Shown here piece after piece: positions 38,469-46,686 of a stretch of DNA of 64,000 nt (position 1 is its first letter; each line of letters opens with the position of its first letter). Both the position numbers and the translations under genes were made by a program. Below the pieces are notes generated by a model. It saw nothing but the letters and a program-made list of their open reading frames with translations, ran no database searches and was not told the origin of the DNA. This DNA is from a virus. The DNA is taken from positions 15,719-79,718 of IMG/VR virus record IMGVR_UViG_3300044846_003365, one strand, 5' to 3'.

Positions 38469-38879
38469 TCAAATCTTCACCTCTTCCTTACGCTTTCTAC
38501 TAGCCCATCCGTCTCCAGCGAACTCCATCTCGTAGTCCCAGACCTTACCAAGAGCAACAGCGACATCCGTTGAGATGTCAGTCCAGCTCTCGCTCTCACG
38601 CCATAAGTTGCTAAGGTCAGGGTAAGTTGGTAAGTCCTCATCCGTTGAGTAGTCCCCAAGCACCAAGACTCTATCGCCTGTCCAGCGACCAGACAAGCCG
38701 TCAAACTTGTTCCAGTCTCCACCACCCCTTGCCGGTGAGGTCATAAGTAAAAGATATAACGCGTCAGACATTGAACCCTCGCAACCCGTTTGCTCGTATT
38801 GCTTAGCACCCAAGCCGAGCGGATAAGAACTAACCTGCTCTTGCTTATCAAGATTTACTAATTTGTGATACTGTCCCAT
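38469..38879 (-). CDS. Conserved phage hypothetical protein
   Basis: MGQYHKLVNLDK...GRWTGDRVLVLGDY motif. Confidence 0.7.
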   Translation of the reverse strand: MGQYHKLVNLDKQEQVSSYPLGLGAKQYEQTGCEGSMSDALYLLLMTSPARGGGDWNKFDGLSGRWTGDRVLVLGDYSTDEDLPTYPDLSNLWRESESWTDISTDVAVALGKVWDYEMEFAGDGWASRKRKEEVKI

Positions 38880-38978
38880 CTGTTTCCTTTCGTCGTTGTT
38901 TTATTGTATACCTTATCCGTCTCTTTGTCAAGTTTATTGGCAGGGGGGAGAGAGACAGGTTCTCCCCCCGCCAAGCCT

Positions 38979-40826
38979 TTAGCGGTTCTGCTTTGACAGG
39001 GCATCCGCAGCTTTCTGACCAATCAGTTCAGCTACCTTGCCCAAGCCGTCGTCAGTTGTGGCAGAAACAACTTCTGCACCGTGTTGCGCTAGCCCCTTTA
39101 CCGTGTAGTCGTCAGGGGAGAAGGTAATCCACAACACTCCAACGCCACTATCCTTACAAGCCTTTAGCCACTCCGTAGCCTTCTTGGCTTGCTCGTAGCG
39201 GTAGTGTGCATCAGACACAACAACCAACAAGCGAGCGCCGTCAGAGTGCAACAAGTTCAGCGAGCCATCCAAAGCTTGAAAGCCTTTGTCAAACTCTTCT
39301 GTCGAGTCTGGCGCTGTGTAAACATTGACGGCATTTAGGTGTTGCCCCGGCTTTAGAGTCGCAAAGACATCTTGACCAAAGTAGACCATAGCTGTCGTTG
39401 CTTGAACCCTGCGACCTGCTTCTGACAAAACCCAAGCTGTGGTAGCTAAGGGATTCATAGCAGCACCCATAGAACCAGAGATATCAACCATCACGCCAAC
39501 CTTTAGTTCAGGGTCGTCAGTATGCTTTCTAACAGTTCTTTCCCAAGCTTCGACTCTGTGGTTCAAGCCCATTGACTTGTATGCAGCGTTCTGAACCATA
39601 GCACGAGAGCGCAACCTGCCCTGCGGAACAAAGCTTCTAATCTCTGTCTGCGAGCGCTCACGATACTTAGCTTTCTCAAGTAGCTTCGCAACCTTGACAG
39701 CTGCAGCTCTCTCTTCTCCAGTTGGAGTTCTAGTCTCCCTTAGAGTCGAGTTAGTCCCATTGTTTTCTCCGGGACCAGAGCTGTTAGAGAAAACTTCTGA
39801 CGCAACATCCTTATGCTTTTTCTGTTGCTTAGAAACTTCGGCACGAGCCTTAGCTTCTTCAATAGCTTCTTCAACATCCATAGCATCAAAAGCTTCTGAC
39901 AGGTTAGAGATTTTTACAATCTCTCTAGCTTCTTCAACTGCTTCTTTCAAAGCTTCGGCAAACTGCTTTGCAGCAGAGCTACCAGTTCCATTACCAGAAC
40001 CATTAGAAGAAGAACTTGATTCAGAACCTTCGCCATCCTCTTGCTCTGAACCTTCTTCGCCCTGCTGTTTCTCTCCAGCATCCTTACTAGCCTTGTCCAC
40101 AATCTCAACCCAGCGTTTCGCTAGTGGATAAAGTTGTGTGGCATCAGCGTGGCTATCGTGAGCTTGGAACTCAAGCCACACTTCACGCAACTGGCTAAGA
40201 GTGTCCTCTCCCATTACGGAAACAATCAACTCACGAATAGGCTCAACTTCACTCTCGTCTAGAACTCCAGCATCAACACGAGCGAGAGTTAGACCAGCAG
40301 TAAACGCAGCGCCACGAACAGACGACAAGTTTTCTGCAACTGAATCCATATCACCAATCGCAAGTTCCATAGCAGAAGAGCGAAGAAAAAGTTTATTCTC
40401 TGGCATAGACTTTATTCCAAAGGATTCAATTCTTCCTTCTTCCAAAGTCTGCAAAGCTTTATACTCAACGCCACTAAGTTCGTCAAAAGCTTTCTCCAAA
40501 GAGAAACGAGAATAGCGAGCGTGCAAAGCTTCGTGGTAAATTGCACCACAAGCAACTGGATGCTCTAGCTGTCCCAATCTAGTATTCAAGTTAGAAACTA
40601 ATTCCGGGCCAATGTTAGGAAAAGCTTTGGCTGTGTTGATTTCGATTTCGGCGCTCGCAGGGTTGAACAAAGCCGGGTGGTCGTGCGAAATGCTGTCGCC
40701 CATAGTTACAACTAGGTCGCTACGAAAAGACCAATCGTTTACAAGACGACCAACGACTGCACCAATGCGCAACCAACTAGGGTCGTTCTCTTTACGAGTC
40801 TCCAAGTCCAAACTAAAGTGATTCAT
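38979..40826 (-). CDS. VWA-domain protein with HExxH motif (MoxR partner)
   Basis: HEALH; MIDAS motif DISGSM; VVSD; start MNHFS after CAGGAG. Confidence 0.85.
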   Translation of the reverse strand: MNHFSLDLETRKENDPSWLRIGAVVGRLVNDWSFRSDLVVTMGDSISHDHPALFNPASAEIEINTAKAFPNIGPELVSNLNTRLGQLEHPVACGAIYHEALHARYSRFSLEKAFDELSGVEYKALQTLEEGRIESFGIKSMPENKLFLRSSAMELAIGDMDSVAENLSSVRGAAFTAGLTLARVDAGVLDESEVEPIRELIVSVMGEDTLSQLREVWLEFQAHDSHADATQLYPLAKRWVEIVDKASKDAGEKQQGEEGSEQEDGEGSESSSSSNGSGNGTGSSAAKQFAEALKEAVEEAREIVKISNLSEAFDAMDVEEAIEEAKARAEVSKQQKKHKDVASEVFSNSSGPGENNGTNSTLRETRTPTGEERAAAVKVAKLLEKAKYRERSQTEIRSFVPQGRLRSRAMVQNAAYKSMGLNHRVEAWERTVRKHTDDPELKVGVMVDISGSMGAAMNPLATTAWVLSEAGRRVQATTAMVYFGQDVFATLKPGQHLNAVNVYTAPDSTEEFDKGFQALDGSLNLLHSDGARLLVVVSDAHYRYEQAKKATEWLKACKDSGVGVLWITFSPDDYTVKGLAQHGAEVVSATTDDGLGKVAELIGQKAADALSKQNR

Positions 40827-40964
40827 TTTTTTCTCCTGTCTCTGATTCACTAAGTAAATTGTAAAGCTTTTAGCTTCATTTGTCAAGTTCTAGGGGGTGT
40901 GTGGTGAGTGCCTAAACAACTATGAAAAAGACACCCACCCCACTTCTGCCTAATCTGGAAGGAT

Positions 40965-41996
40965 TTAGATTTTGGCAGGTCTAGCTTCTTCACCATAAAC
41001 TCTGGTAAAGACATCTGACACAACAGTTCTGTCCATCTCTGGCGCAGAAGCAATTAGATTCTCAATCGCCCACTTCGTTCCAAAAGACTCGGAAAGAGTT
41101 TTGAAAGTTAGTAGCTCTCGCATCTGCGGCGCCCAAGAGATTTCGTTAGAAGCTTGCTTCTTAGCGAGATTCTGGGCAACAGTAACTGCTGGAGTCGGAA
41201 CGCCAAGCTTACGAGCAAGAACCCAATCAGTAGTCATTTCTGCTTGGATACCAAATCGAGAAAGCAAAGCTTCTGACAAGCGAACACCCGGAGCGTTAGG
41301 GTTAGTTGCAGCAACTACATAAAAGCCTTCTTTAGCTTTTACAGTTCCACGCTCTGGATTGGCAGTAACGGCAATCTCTCGACGACCATCCATCAGACCA
41401 TACACAACTGACAAGACCTTAGGGTCAATAAGACCAATCTCGTCAATCAGTAAAGCCTTACCCTGCTCTGCAGCTTTGACCAGCGGCCCATCAATCCACT
41501 CGAATCCACCACTTGGAGTCTGAACATAGCCACCAACAAAGTCGGCAACTTCTGTATCGCCAGTTCCAAGGACAGTAAACAAGTCTGAACCAAATGCAGC
41601 TTCGACCATAGCAGTCTTACCAGTTCCCGGTGCGCCATACAGTAGAACATACTGGTTAGCTACACGAGCTTTCTTTAGGACTTCAACATCACTATGCTCT
41701 CCCCAACTGCGAGCAAAATACTTCTCGCCATTAGGTCGCTCATAAGAAGATTCGCCTTCTAGAGTTTCTGCTTCCACAATCTTTGCCTTCTTTGGAGTGG
41801 AGTTAGCATCCCTGTTTCTAAGAACAGCTTTGCCAAACTTTTCGTCGTAGTAAGACACTAGCTTAGCATCACCAACTAGAGAGTAGTTTTGAGTAACAGT
41901 ATCTCTAATTAGCTTCGCCAAGTCCAAACCTGGATTAGCAGCGTCAAGTCCATCAAGAACTTCTGTGTTTCTATTTACAATCGCAATTTCAGTCAT
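40965..41996 (-). CDS. MoxR/CbbQ-type AAA+ ATPase
   Basis: GAPGTGKT, LLIDE, ATNP, LSEALLSRF. Confidence 0.9.
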   Translation of the reverse strand: MTEIAIVNRNTEVLDGLDAANPGLDLAKLIRDTVTQNYSLVGDAKLVSYYDEKFGKAVLRNRDANSTPKKAKIVEAETLEGESSYERPNGEKYFARSWGEHSDVEVLKKARVANQYVLLYGAPGTGKTAMVEAAFGSDLFTVLGTGDTEVADFVGGYVQTPSGGFEWIDGPLVKAAEQGKALLIDEIGLIDPKVLSVVYGLMDGRREIAVTANPERGTVKAKEGFYVVAATNPNAPGVRLSEALLSRFGIQAEMTTDWVLARKLGVPTPAVTVAQNLAKKQASNEISWAPQMRELLTFKTLSESFGTKWAIENLIASAPEMDRTVVSDVFTRVYGEEARPAKI

Positions 41997-42015
41997 TTTA
42001 TCTTTCCTTCCTTGA

Positions 42016-42519
42016 CTAAGCGCTTTCAGTTTCGAATAGGGACTCTCCCCATCCAAGACCAGTTCTTGCTCTAAGAACTCGTCGAACTAGAGAGTTTGGA
42101 GTCTTGCCACTTGACAGCTCTGATATCTCTAGGTGAGAAACTTCTACCACTATTGGCTTCTTGAACAAAGTCCAACCCAATCTTGTGAAATCTCGTATTG
42201 TGTGGATGGAGTTGTAGGACAAGTTCGCAACGAAGAACTCTTTTACAGAAGTCTCTGACTTCTGAATAAGCACTCCATCAGAATCTCTTTCAATAGTTGA
42301 TTCTGGATTTGCTACATGCTCTCCCAAAGCCTTGAAGATACTCCAAGTCTTTCTAGGGTGAGAAGTAGAAATCACTCTTCGCATTACACGAGAAGCGACC
42401 AGCTTGTTATCTATCCCAATTACTGCTGGGGTAAAGATAACTTGCGAAGTATAAGAACCCTTGCGGAACTCTAGATACAGAGCTTTACCAGCAGAGTCCT
42501 TTGGACTTTTTTCACTCAT
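42016..42519 (-). CDS. Hypothetical protein, first gene of the MoxR operon
   Basis: GAAGGA RBS; TTGACA promoter upstream. Confidence 0.7.
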   Translation of the reverse strand: MSEKSPKDSAGKALYLEFRKGSYTSQVIFTPAVIGIDNKLVASRVMRRVISTSHPRKTWSIFKALGEHVANPESTIERDSDGVLIQKSETSVKEFFVANLSYNSIHTIRDFTRLGWTLFKKPIVVEVSHLEISELSSGKTPNSLVRRVLRARTGLGWGESLFETESA

Positions 42520-42595
42520 AGTTGTTTTCCTTCTTTCTGTAGATTTAGATTATTGCAGACTTTTTCTGCTTTGTCAAGTCTTTCGACTAGACTTT

Positions 42596-42889
42596 TTACT
42601 CGTCGTCGTCTTCGACTTCAACTTCGACTTTTTGTTCCTCAATCGAAAAGCCATTGTATTTTTCGATAATTCGGAAAAGTTCTTCCCAAGCATATTTGTT
42701 TAGCTCGTCTTCGTCATAAATGTAGACATCATCATCTATCCAAGTCTTGTCTGAGAGTTGGACATTTCCTACTGGTTCATAACTTATGGTGGTCTCCCAA
42801 TTAGTCTCGTCATAAAAACCAGACACTTCTAATCTGAAACCATCAAGCTCGATGCTTGCTACTGCTTTGGTCTTTGTAGTTGTTTTCAC
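42596..42889 (-). CDS. Hypothetical acidic protein
   Basis: GTG start after GAAAGGA. Confidence 0.6.
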   Translation of the reverse strand: MKTTTKTKAVASIELDGFRLEVSGFYDETNWETTISYEPVGNVQLSDKTWIDDDVYIYDEDELNKYAWEELFRIIEKYNGFSIEEQKVEVEVEDDDE

Positions 42890-43001
42890 GTTTTCCTTTC
42901 GTCGTTGTAATACTATAACATAAGCTACTGACATTTGTCAAATCGCTTTTGTTGTGCCTGCTGACACAACTTTTACATTGTGCCAGCAGCCACTGACATT
43001 C

Positions 43002-43520
43002 CTAGAAGTGGAAGTCCACTGGGACTAGGAACCAATCAAGCTCACCTTCGGCAATCTTTTTGCGAAAGTGTTCTGTGTTAGTGCTGTCGTGTTCTAGGTC
43101 GAAGAAGTAGGAATTGAAGTCCCAAGTGCCTTGCAACATATCAATCATCTTCTTCAAGGGATACAGCTCAAAGTCATACTGCATTTCCCCGGTATAGCTG
43201 TCGAGCTTTGCTTCTAGGTCAACACCTTTTTCTGCCAAGCTCTTGCGATAACCATTGAACTCATCAACACGATTTGAAATTGCTTTTGCAATCAGCTCGT
43301 TGAACTTAGCTGGGTCATCATTCCAACTAACGATGTGGTTTGGAGAACTTGCGTAAGGGTCGCCTTCAACAAATCTTCCACCACCAACTACGAACCAGTC
43401 GTACCAAGTGCCACTTGAGCTTTCAAAGTCTCCCAACCAACGCTGAAAAGTATCTTCGACGTTCCTCAGTGCTTCATCGCTGTTGTCAGCTTTTACTGCT
43501 ACATACTGCAATACATGCAT
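43002..43520 (-). CDS. Conserved phage hypothetical protein
   Basis: MH...WYDWFVVGGGRF...VPVDFHF family motif. Confidence 0.7.
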   Translation of the reverse strand: MHVLQYVAVKADNSDEALRNVEDTFQRWLGDFESSSGTWYDWFVVGGGRFVEGDPYASSPNHIVSWNDDPAKFNELIAKAISNRVDEFNGYRKSLAEKGVDLEAKLDSYTGEMQYDFELYPLKKMIDMLQGTWDFNSYFFDLEHDSTNTEHFRKKIAEGELDWFLVPVDFHF

Positions 43521-43624
43521 ATTTGTTTTTCCTTCCTGTTGCTTTTATTGTATCAATTTATTTTTCAAAAGTCAAATCTATTTTGGTGAGAGTTGGGGGA
43601 TTGCTCCCCCACTCCCGGCGCTCG

Positions 43625-44071
43625 CTAATCTATGCGAGCGTCCACCCAACATTCGAAACCCTTCGAACGCAAGTGTTGCGCCATTCGATTTGCGATGAAG
43701 CGCTTACGCTCGAAGCTCTGGCCAGCGTCAGCAAAACCATATCGCTCGAAAGTGTAAAGGCCAACGCCCTTAGCTCTGCCAAACGACCACCACTTCGAAC
43801 CTAGCTTTTCTCCCATTGGGCGCTCTTGCACTAGCCACTGGGCGAACCCACTGCGACCACTCTCAAGAACTACAGTGGCAAAACCACAAACGCCACCTTC
43901 GACAAACCAAGTTTTCTGGTTTGGGTCAACATCATTGCCAAGTGGTGTGCTTGGCGAACCAACGATGATTGGAGTTGGAGCTGGGCACTCAGCGAGTGCT
44001 TTGTGCGAAACAGCCTTCAGCTCGTTGAACAGAGCTTCGTACTGCGCACTTTTACTGCTAATTGTTTTCAT
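43625..44071 (-). CDS. Conserved phage hypothetical protein
   Basis: GVCGFA...QSFERK...RID C-terminus. Confidence 0.7.
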   Translation of the reverse strand: MKTISSKSAQYEALFNELKAVSHKALAECPAPTPIIVGSPSTPLGNDVDPNQKTWFVEGGVCGFATVVLESGRSGFAQWLVQERPMGEKLGSKWWSFGRAKGVGLYTFERYGFADAGQSFERKRFIANRMAQHLRSKGFECWVDARID

Positions 44072-44131
44072 GGGTTCCTTCCTCATAGAATTATAGTTTA
44101 CACTATTGTCTGACAAAAGTCAAATCGTGTC

Positions 44132-44440
44132 TTACTCGTTTTCATCGTCGTAGTCAGCAAACTGCTCAACAACTTGGATGTATCCATCATTTGGGTTTTC
44201 TGGAGTTGTGTGGACAGCGTTGATAAATCTCAAGCCACAAGATTCCTCATACCACTCGACAACTTTGTTTGCCATTTCCTCAGGGTCCATTTCGGCGGAA
44301 CTGATTAGTGGGTCGTAACCCCAAGAATTCATCAAGGTCATTTGTTCGTCATCCATAAGAATGTAAATCTTGTGGCAAGTGTCGAACGCAATTCCTTTGG
44401 CTTCTTTGGTGTATTCCAAAATTTCAAAAGCATCAACCAT
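44132..44440 (-). CDS. Hypothetical protein
   Basis: IAFDTCHKIY...WYEESCGLRFI; AGAAAGGA RBS. Confidence 0.65.
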   Translation of the reverse strand: MVDAFEILEYTKEAKGIAFDTCHKIYILMDDEQMTLMNSWGYDPLISSAEMDPEEMANKVVEWYEESCGLRFINAVHTTPENPNDGYIQVVEQFADYDDENE

Positions 44441-44584
44441 TTTTTGTTTCCTTTCTGTTGCTTTTATTATACAACCCCCCACTGACAAAAGTAATCCCTT
44501 TTTGGGTTATGTTATCAATTTGTTATAAATGCGAAAGGGTGCCAGTTTTTTCACGCAGGCTCAGCGTGGAGAATGTTTGACCCT

Positions 44585-44812
44585 TTAGGAGTCTGGGTTT
44601 AGAACTGGCGAAGCACAGCTAACGCAAACGACCCACTCAGAGTCGTCATCAAGAACAATTACATAAGCTTTGAAGGAAGTGTCTGAAGACGCGGTCCCTA
44701 GGGGTTCTCTACATTGAGCACAAGACTCGTCGTCGTAAGTGTCAAGTCCGGCAAGGTTGGCTAGTCTCTCATCGCTGGTGTTAGATATGACGTGCATTTC
44801 AATGTGGCGCAT
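44585..44812 (-). CDS. Zinc-finger hypothetical protein
   Basis: CAQC...CVSC; TATGAT 6 nt before the ATG suggests leaderless. Confidence 0.55.
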   Translation of the reverse strand: MRHIEMHVISNTSDERLANLAGLDTYDDESCAQCREPLGTASSDTSFKAYVIVLDDDSEWVVCVSCASPVLNPDS

Positions 44813-44858
44813 GGTTTTATCATAGAGCACCATCCGTTAGGTTATTTTGAGGAAGACC

Positions 44859-45251
44859 TCAGTACCAACCAATCCACTTGATGTGGTCCCAAGCTCCACA
44901 CGCTTTATCGGAGTACCGATGCACCATGTACTTCCACGTATCGCGTACCTGCAAGTATGGCTTGCCGTTATGGCGGGCCTTCGAGCTCGCTAACTGTCCC
45001 AAGCCGTAGTAGATACCGTTCTGAGCTTTGTGGTTCCAGCGGGACTCGTAATGAATAACTTTGGCAAAGCAGTCCCACTGGCGAGCCGCTCCCTTGCCCG
45101 TTACTGGATGTCCGCCGTTAGCTAGGACGTACGTCTTCGCATAAGCTTTTATCTGGTCGACGGAGGGGGACTTGGGCTCAGCGCTCGCCGTTGGTACGAA
45201 GAGCGTCAACGTCAGTACTGCTACAGTCACTGCAATGGCTAGCCGTCTCAC
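44859..45251 (-). CDS. Secreted lytic-transglycosylase-like protein
   Basis: Signal peptide; QWDC..VIHYESRWN..AQN..YGLGQ..YMVHRY..CGAW..GWY. Confidence 0.8.
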   Translation of the reverse strand: MRRLAIAVTVAVLTLTLFVPTASAEPKSPSVDQIKAYAKTYVLANGGHPVTGKGAARQWDCFAKVIHYESRWNHKAQNGIYYGLGQLASSKARHNGKPYLQVRDTWKYMVHRYSDKACGAWDHIKWIGWY

Positions 45252-45530
45252 TTAAGCGAGCTCGCTAACCCGCTTGCCGTTAACTCCAAGAACATCTAGA
45301 TTGATGCCCAGTGATTTAAAAATTTCAATTGCGGTCTCACGTGGCGTGCCGTTCTCGTTGAACTGAGCAAAGAGACCGTCGACCTCGTCTTTACAAATTG
45401 GGTGCCAAGGTCCTAGGTCGTCATACCACCTCAGGTCATCCGACGGTCCAGCATTAGGAGAGCTTTCATTACCACATGCGCTACAGATTCGCTCGCCATC
45501 TCTCAGGCTCTTGATTACTTTTGATTGCAT
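45252..45530 (-). CDS. Hypothetical protein
   Basis: GAAAGGA RBS; TTGACA promoter. Confidence 0.55.
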   Translation of the reverse strand: MQSKVIKSLRDGERICSACGNESSPNAGPSDDLRWYDDLGPWHPICKDEVDGLFAQFNENGTPRETAIEIFKSLGINLDVLGVNGKRVSELA

Positions 45531-45628
45531 AATTGTCCTTTCGTTTTAATTCACTTTAAACCTTCAGCAGGTTTTTGTCAAGTCTATTTTCGTTGAGGCG
45601 GAAGGGCCCGTGGGCAACTTTAACATAA

Positions 45629-45725
45629 GAAAATCCCCCTCGGCCAGACGAATAGCTGAGGGGGAAATTCCCATGAACAACATAACTAACTAACTAAAGA
45701 AGCCACTGAGCAGGCACCCAGTAAC
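45629..45725 (-). ncRNA. Candidate small RNA A
   Basis: TGTCAG-N10-TAAAAT promoter, no ORF with RBS, ends in a GC hairpin plus U-run. Confidence 0.45.
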
Positions 45726-45761
45726 AAGATAATTTTATCAGGACCCACTGACATTCGCAAG

Positions 45762-46526
45762 TCAAACTTTGACTTTAAAGATTCCCGTTTCTTTTGACAA
45801 ACGCTGAAGACTGTTGAAATCAGGGACCCCGTCAGCTGGAACATAACCGATGCTCCGTTGGAACTTAGCATAAGCACTACGAGTCTTACCGTCGAAGTGT
45901 CCTCGCGGAAGTCGACGTACACCCGTCACTACAGAAAGCGCAAGCTGTACAAGCTGGACGTTTGGGTGCTTCATGTTTGGCTTCACTTGTGCAGGTACGA
46001 TTTCGGGCACCGTTGATGTATTTAGCTCCTCACCATGGCGGGCCGTTAAGTTAAAGTTAGGACGCGCAAACCCTATTGTGTCAAGAGAACTGCGCACCCG
46101 TTTATACACCCCATCATTTAATGCACTCCCCCTTGGCAGGCCGTGACTTACTTGCGCTTCTATAGTAGAGAAAATACCATCCGTTGAGTAGGAGGAGACG
46201 TCCGTCACTATTCCAACATGTGGCGGGCCGAAGTCCGTTACTGTAGACGTCTCAAAGAAAACAATGTCACCCGTCTTCGGAGTCTGGAAGAAGCGTCCGT
46301 TACTTAAGTAACTGCTTAATGCTTGCGGGGTATATACAAACGCGGGTAGTGGCAGGCCGACTTCGCGAGCGCAAACGTCGATGAAGGCACCGTCCCATGG
46401 CAGGCCTTTGCCACTGTAACCGACGGTCTCACCAAAGATGTTAGTCCCGTCCGCACGGGAGGTGTAACCTAAGTAATTCTCGGCGCTCGCCAGAAACTTA
46501 TTTCTGAGCTCTGTCTTCGTTGTCAT
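45762..46526 (-). CDS. CHAP-like plus peptidoglycan-binding protein (WDGAF where WC is expected)
   Basis: AENYLGY..WDGAFID..PKTGDIVFF..HVGIV..TIEAQ; C-terminal GHFDGKTRSAYAKFQ..DGVPD. Confidence 0.7.
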   Translation of the reverse strand: MTTKTELRNKFLASAENYLGYTSRADGTNIFGETVGYSGKGLPWDGAFIDVCAREVGLPLPAFVYTPQALSSYLSNGRFFQTPKTGDIVFFETSTVTDFGPPHVGIVTDVSSYSTDGIFSTIEAQVSHGLPRGSALNDGVYKRVRSSLDTIGFARPNFNLTARHGEELNTSTVPEIVPAQVKPNMKHPNVQLVQLALSVVTGVRRLPRGHFDGKTRSAYAKFQRSIGYVPADGVPDFNSLQRLSKETGIFKVKV

Positions 46527-46686
46527 TCTCTCCCGCTAGTTTTTCCAAAGCTAGTACTAAGTTTACTGCTTCGTTGGCACGGGCCGTCACACGGACGTGC
46601 TCGATTCGCGTGGAGCTCAGCTTGATGTCAGAATGTAGACGCTCTGAGTGCTCTTTCGCTACTTCTATGATATCACTCAGATTCAA
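46498..46686 (-). CDS. Small hypothetical protein
   Basis: Fills the gap between overlapping neighbours (MNLSDIIEVAKEHS...). Confidence 0.45.
   Translation of the reverse strand: MNLSDIIEVAKEHSERLHSDIKLSSTRIEHVRVTARANEAVNLVLALEKLAGENDNEDRAQK

Noticed and set aside
38979-41996. MoxR/VWA pair as cobaltochelatase CobS/CobT linked to the B12 cassette
   Set aside because: No CobN or other cob genes seen. Generic MoxR-VWA pairs are common in phages, and this one lies 20 kb from pduO.
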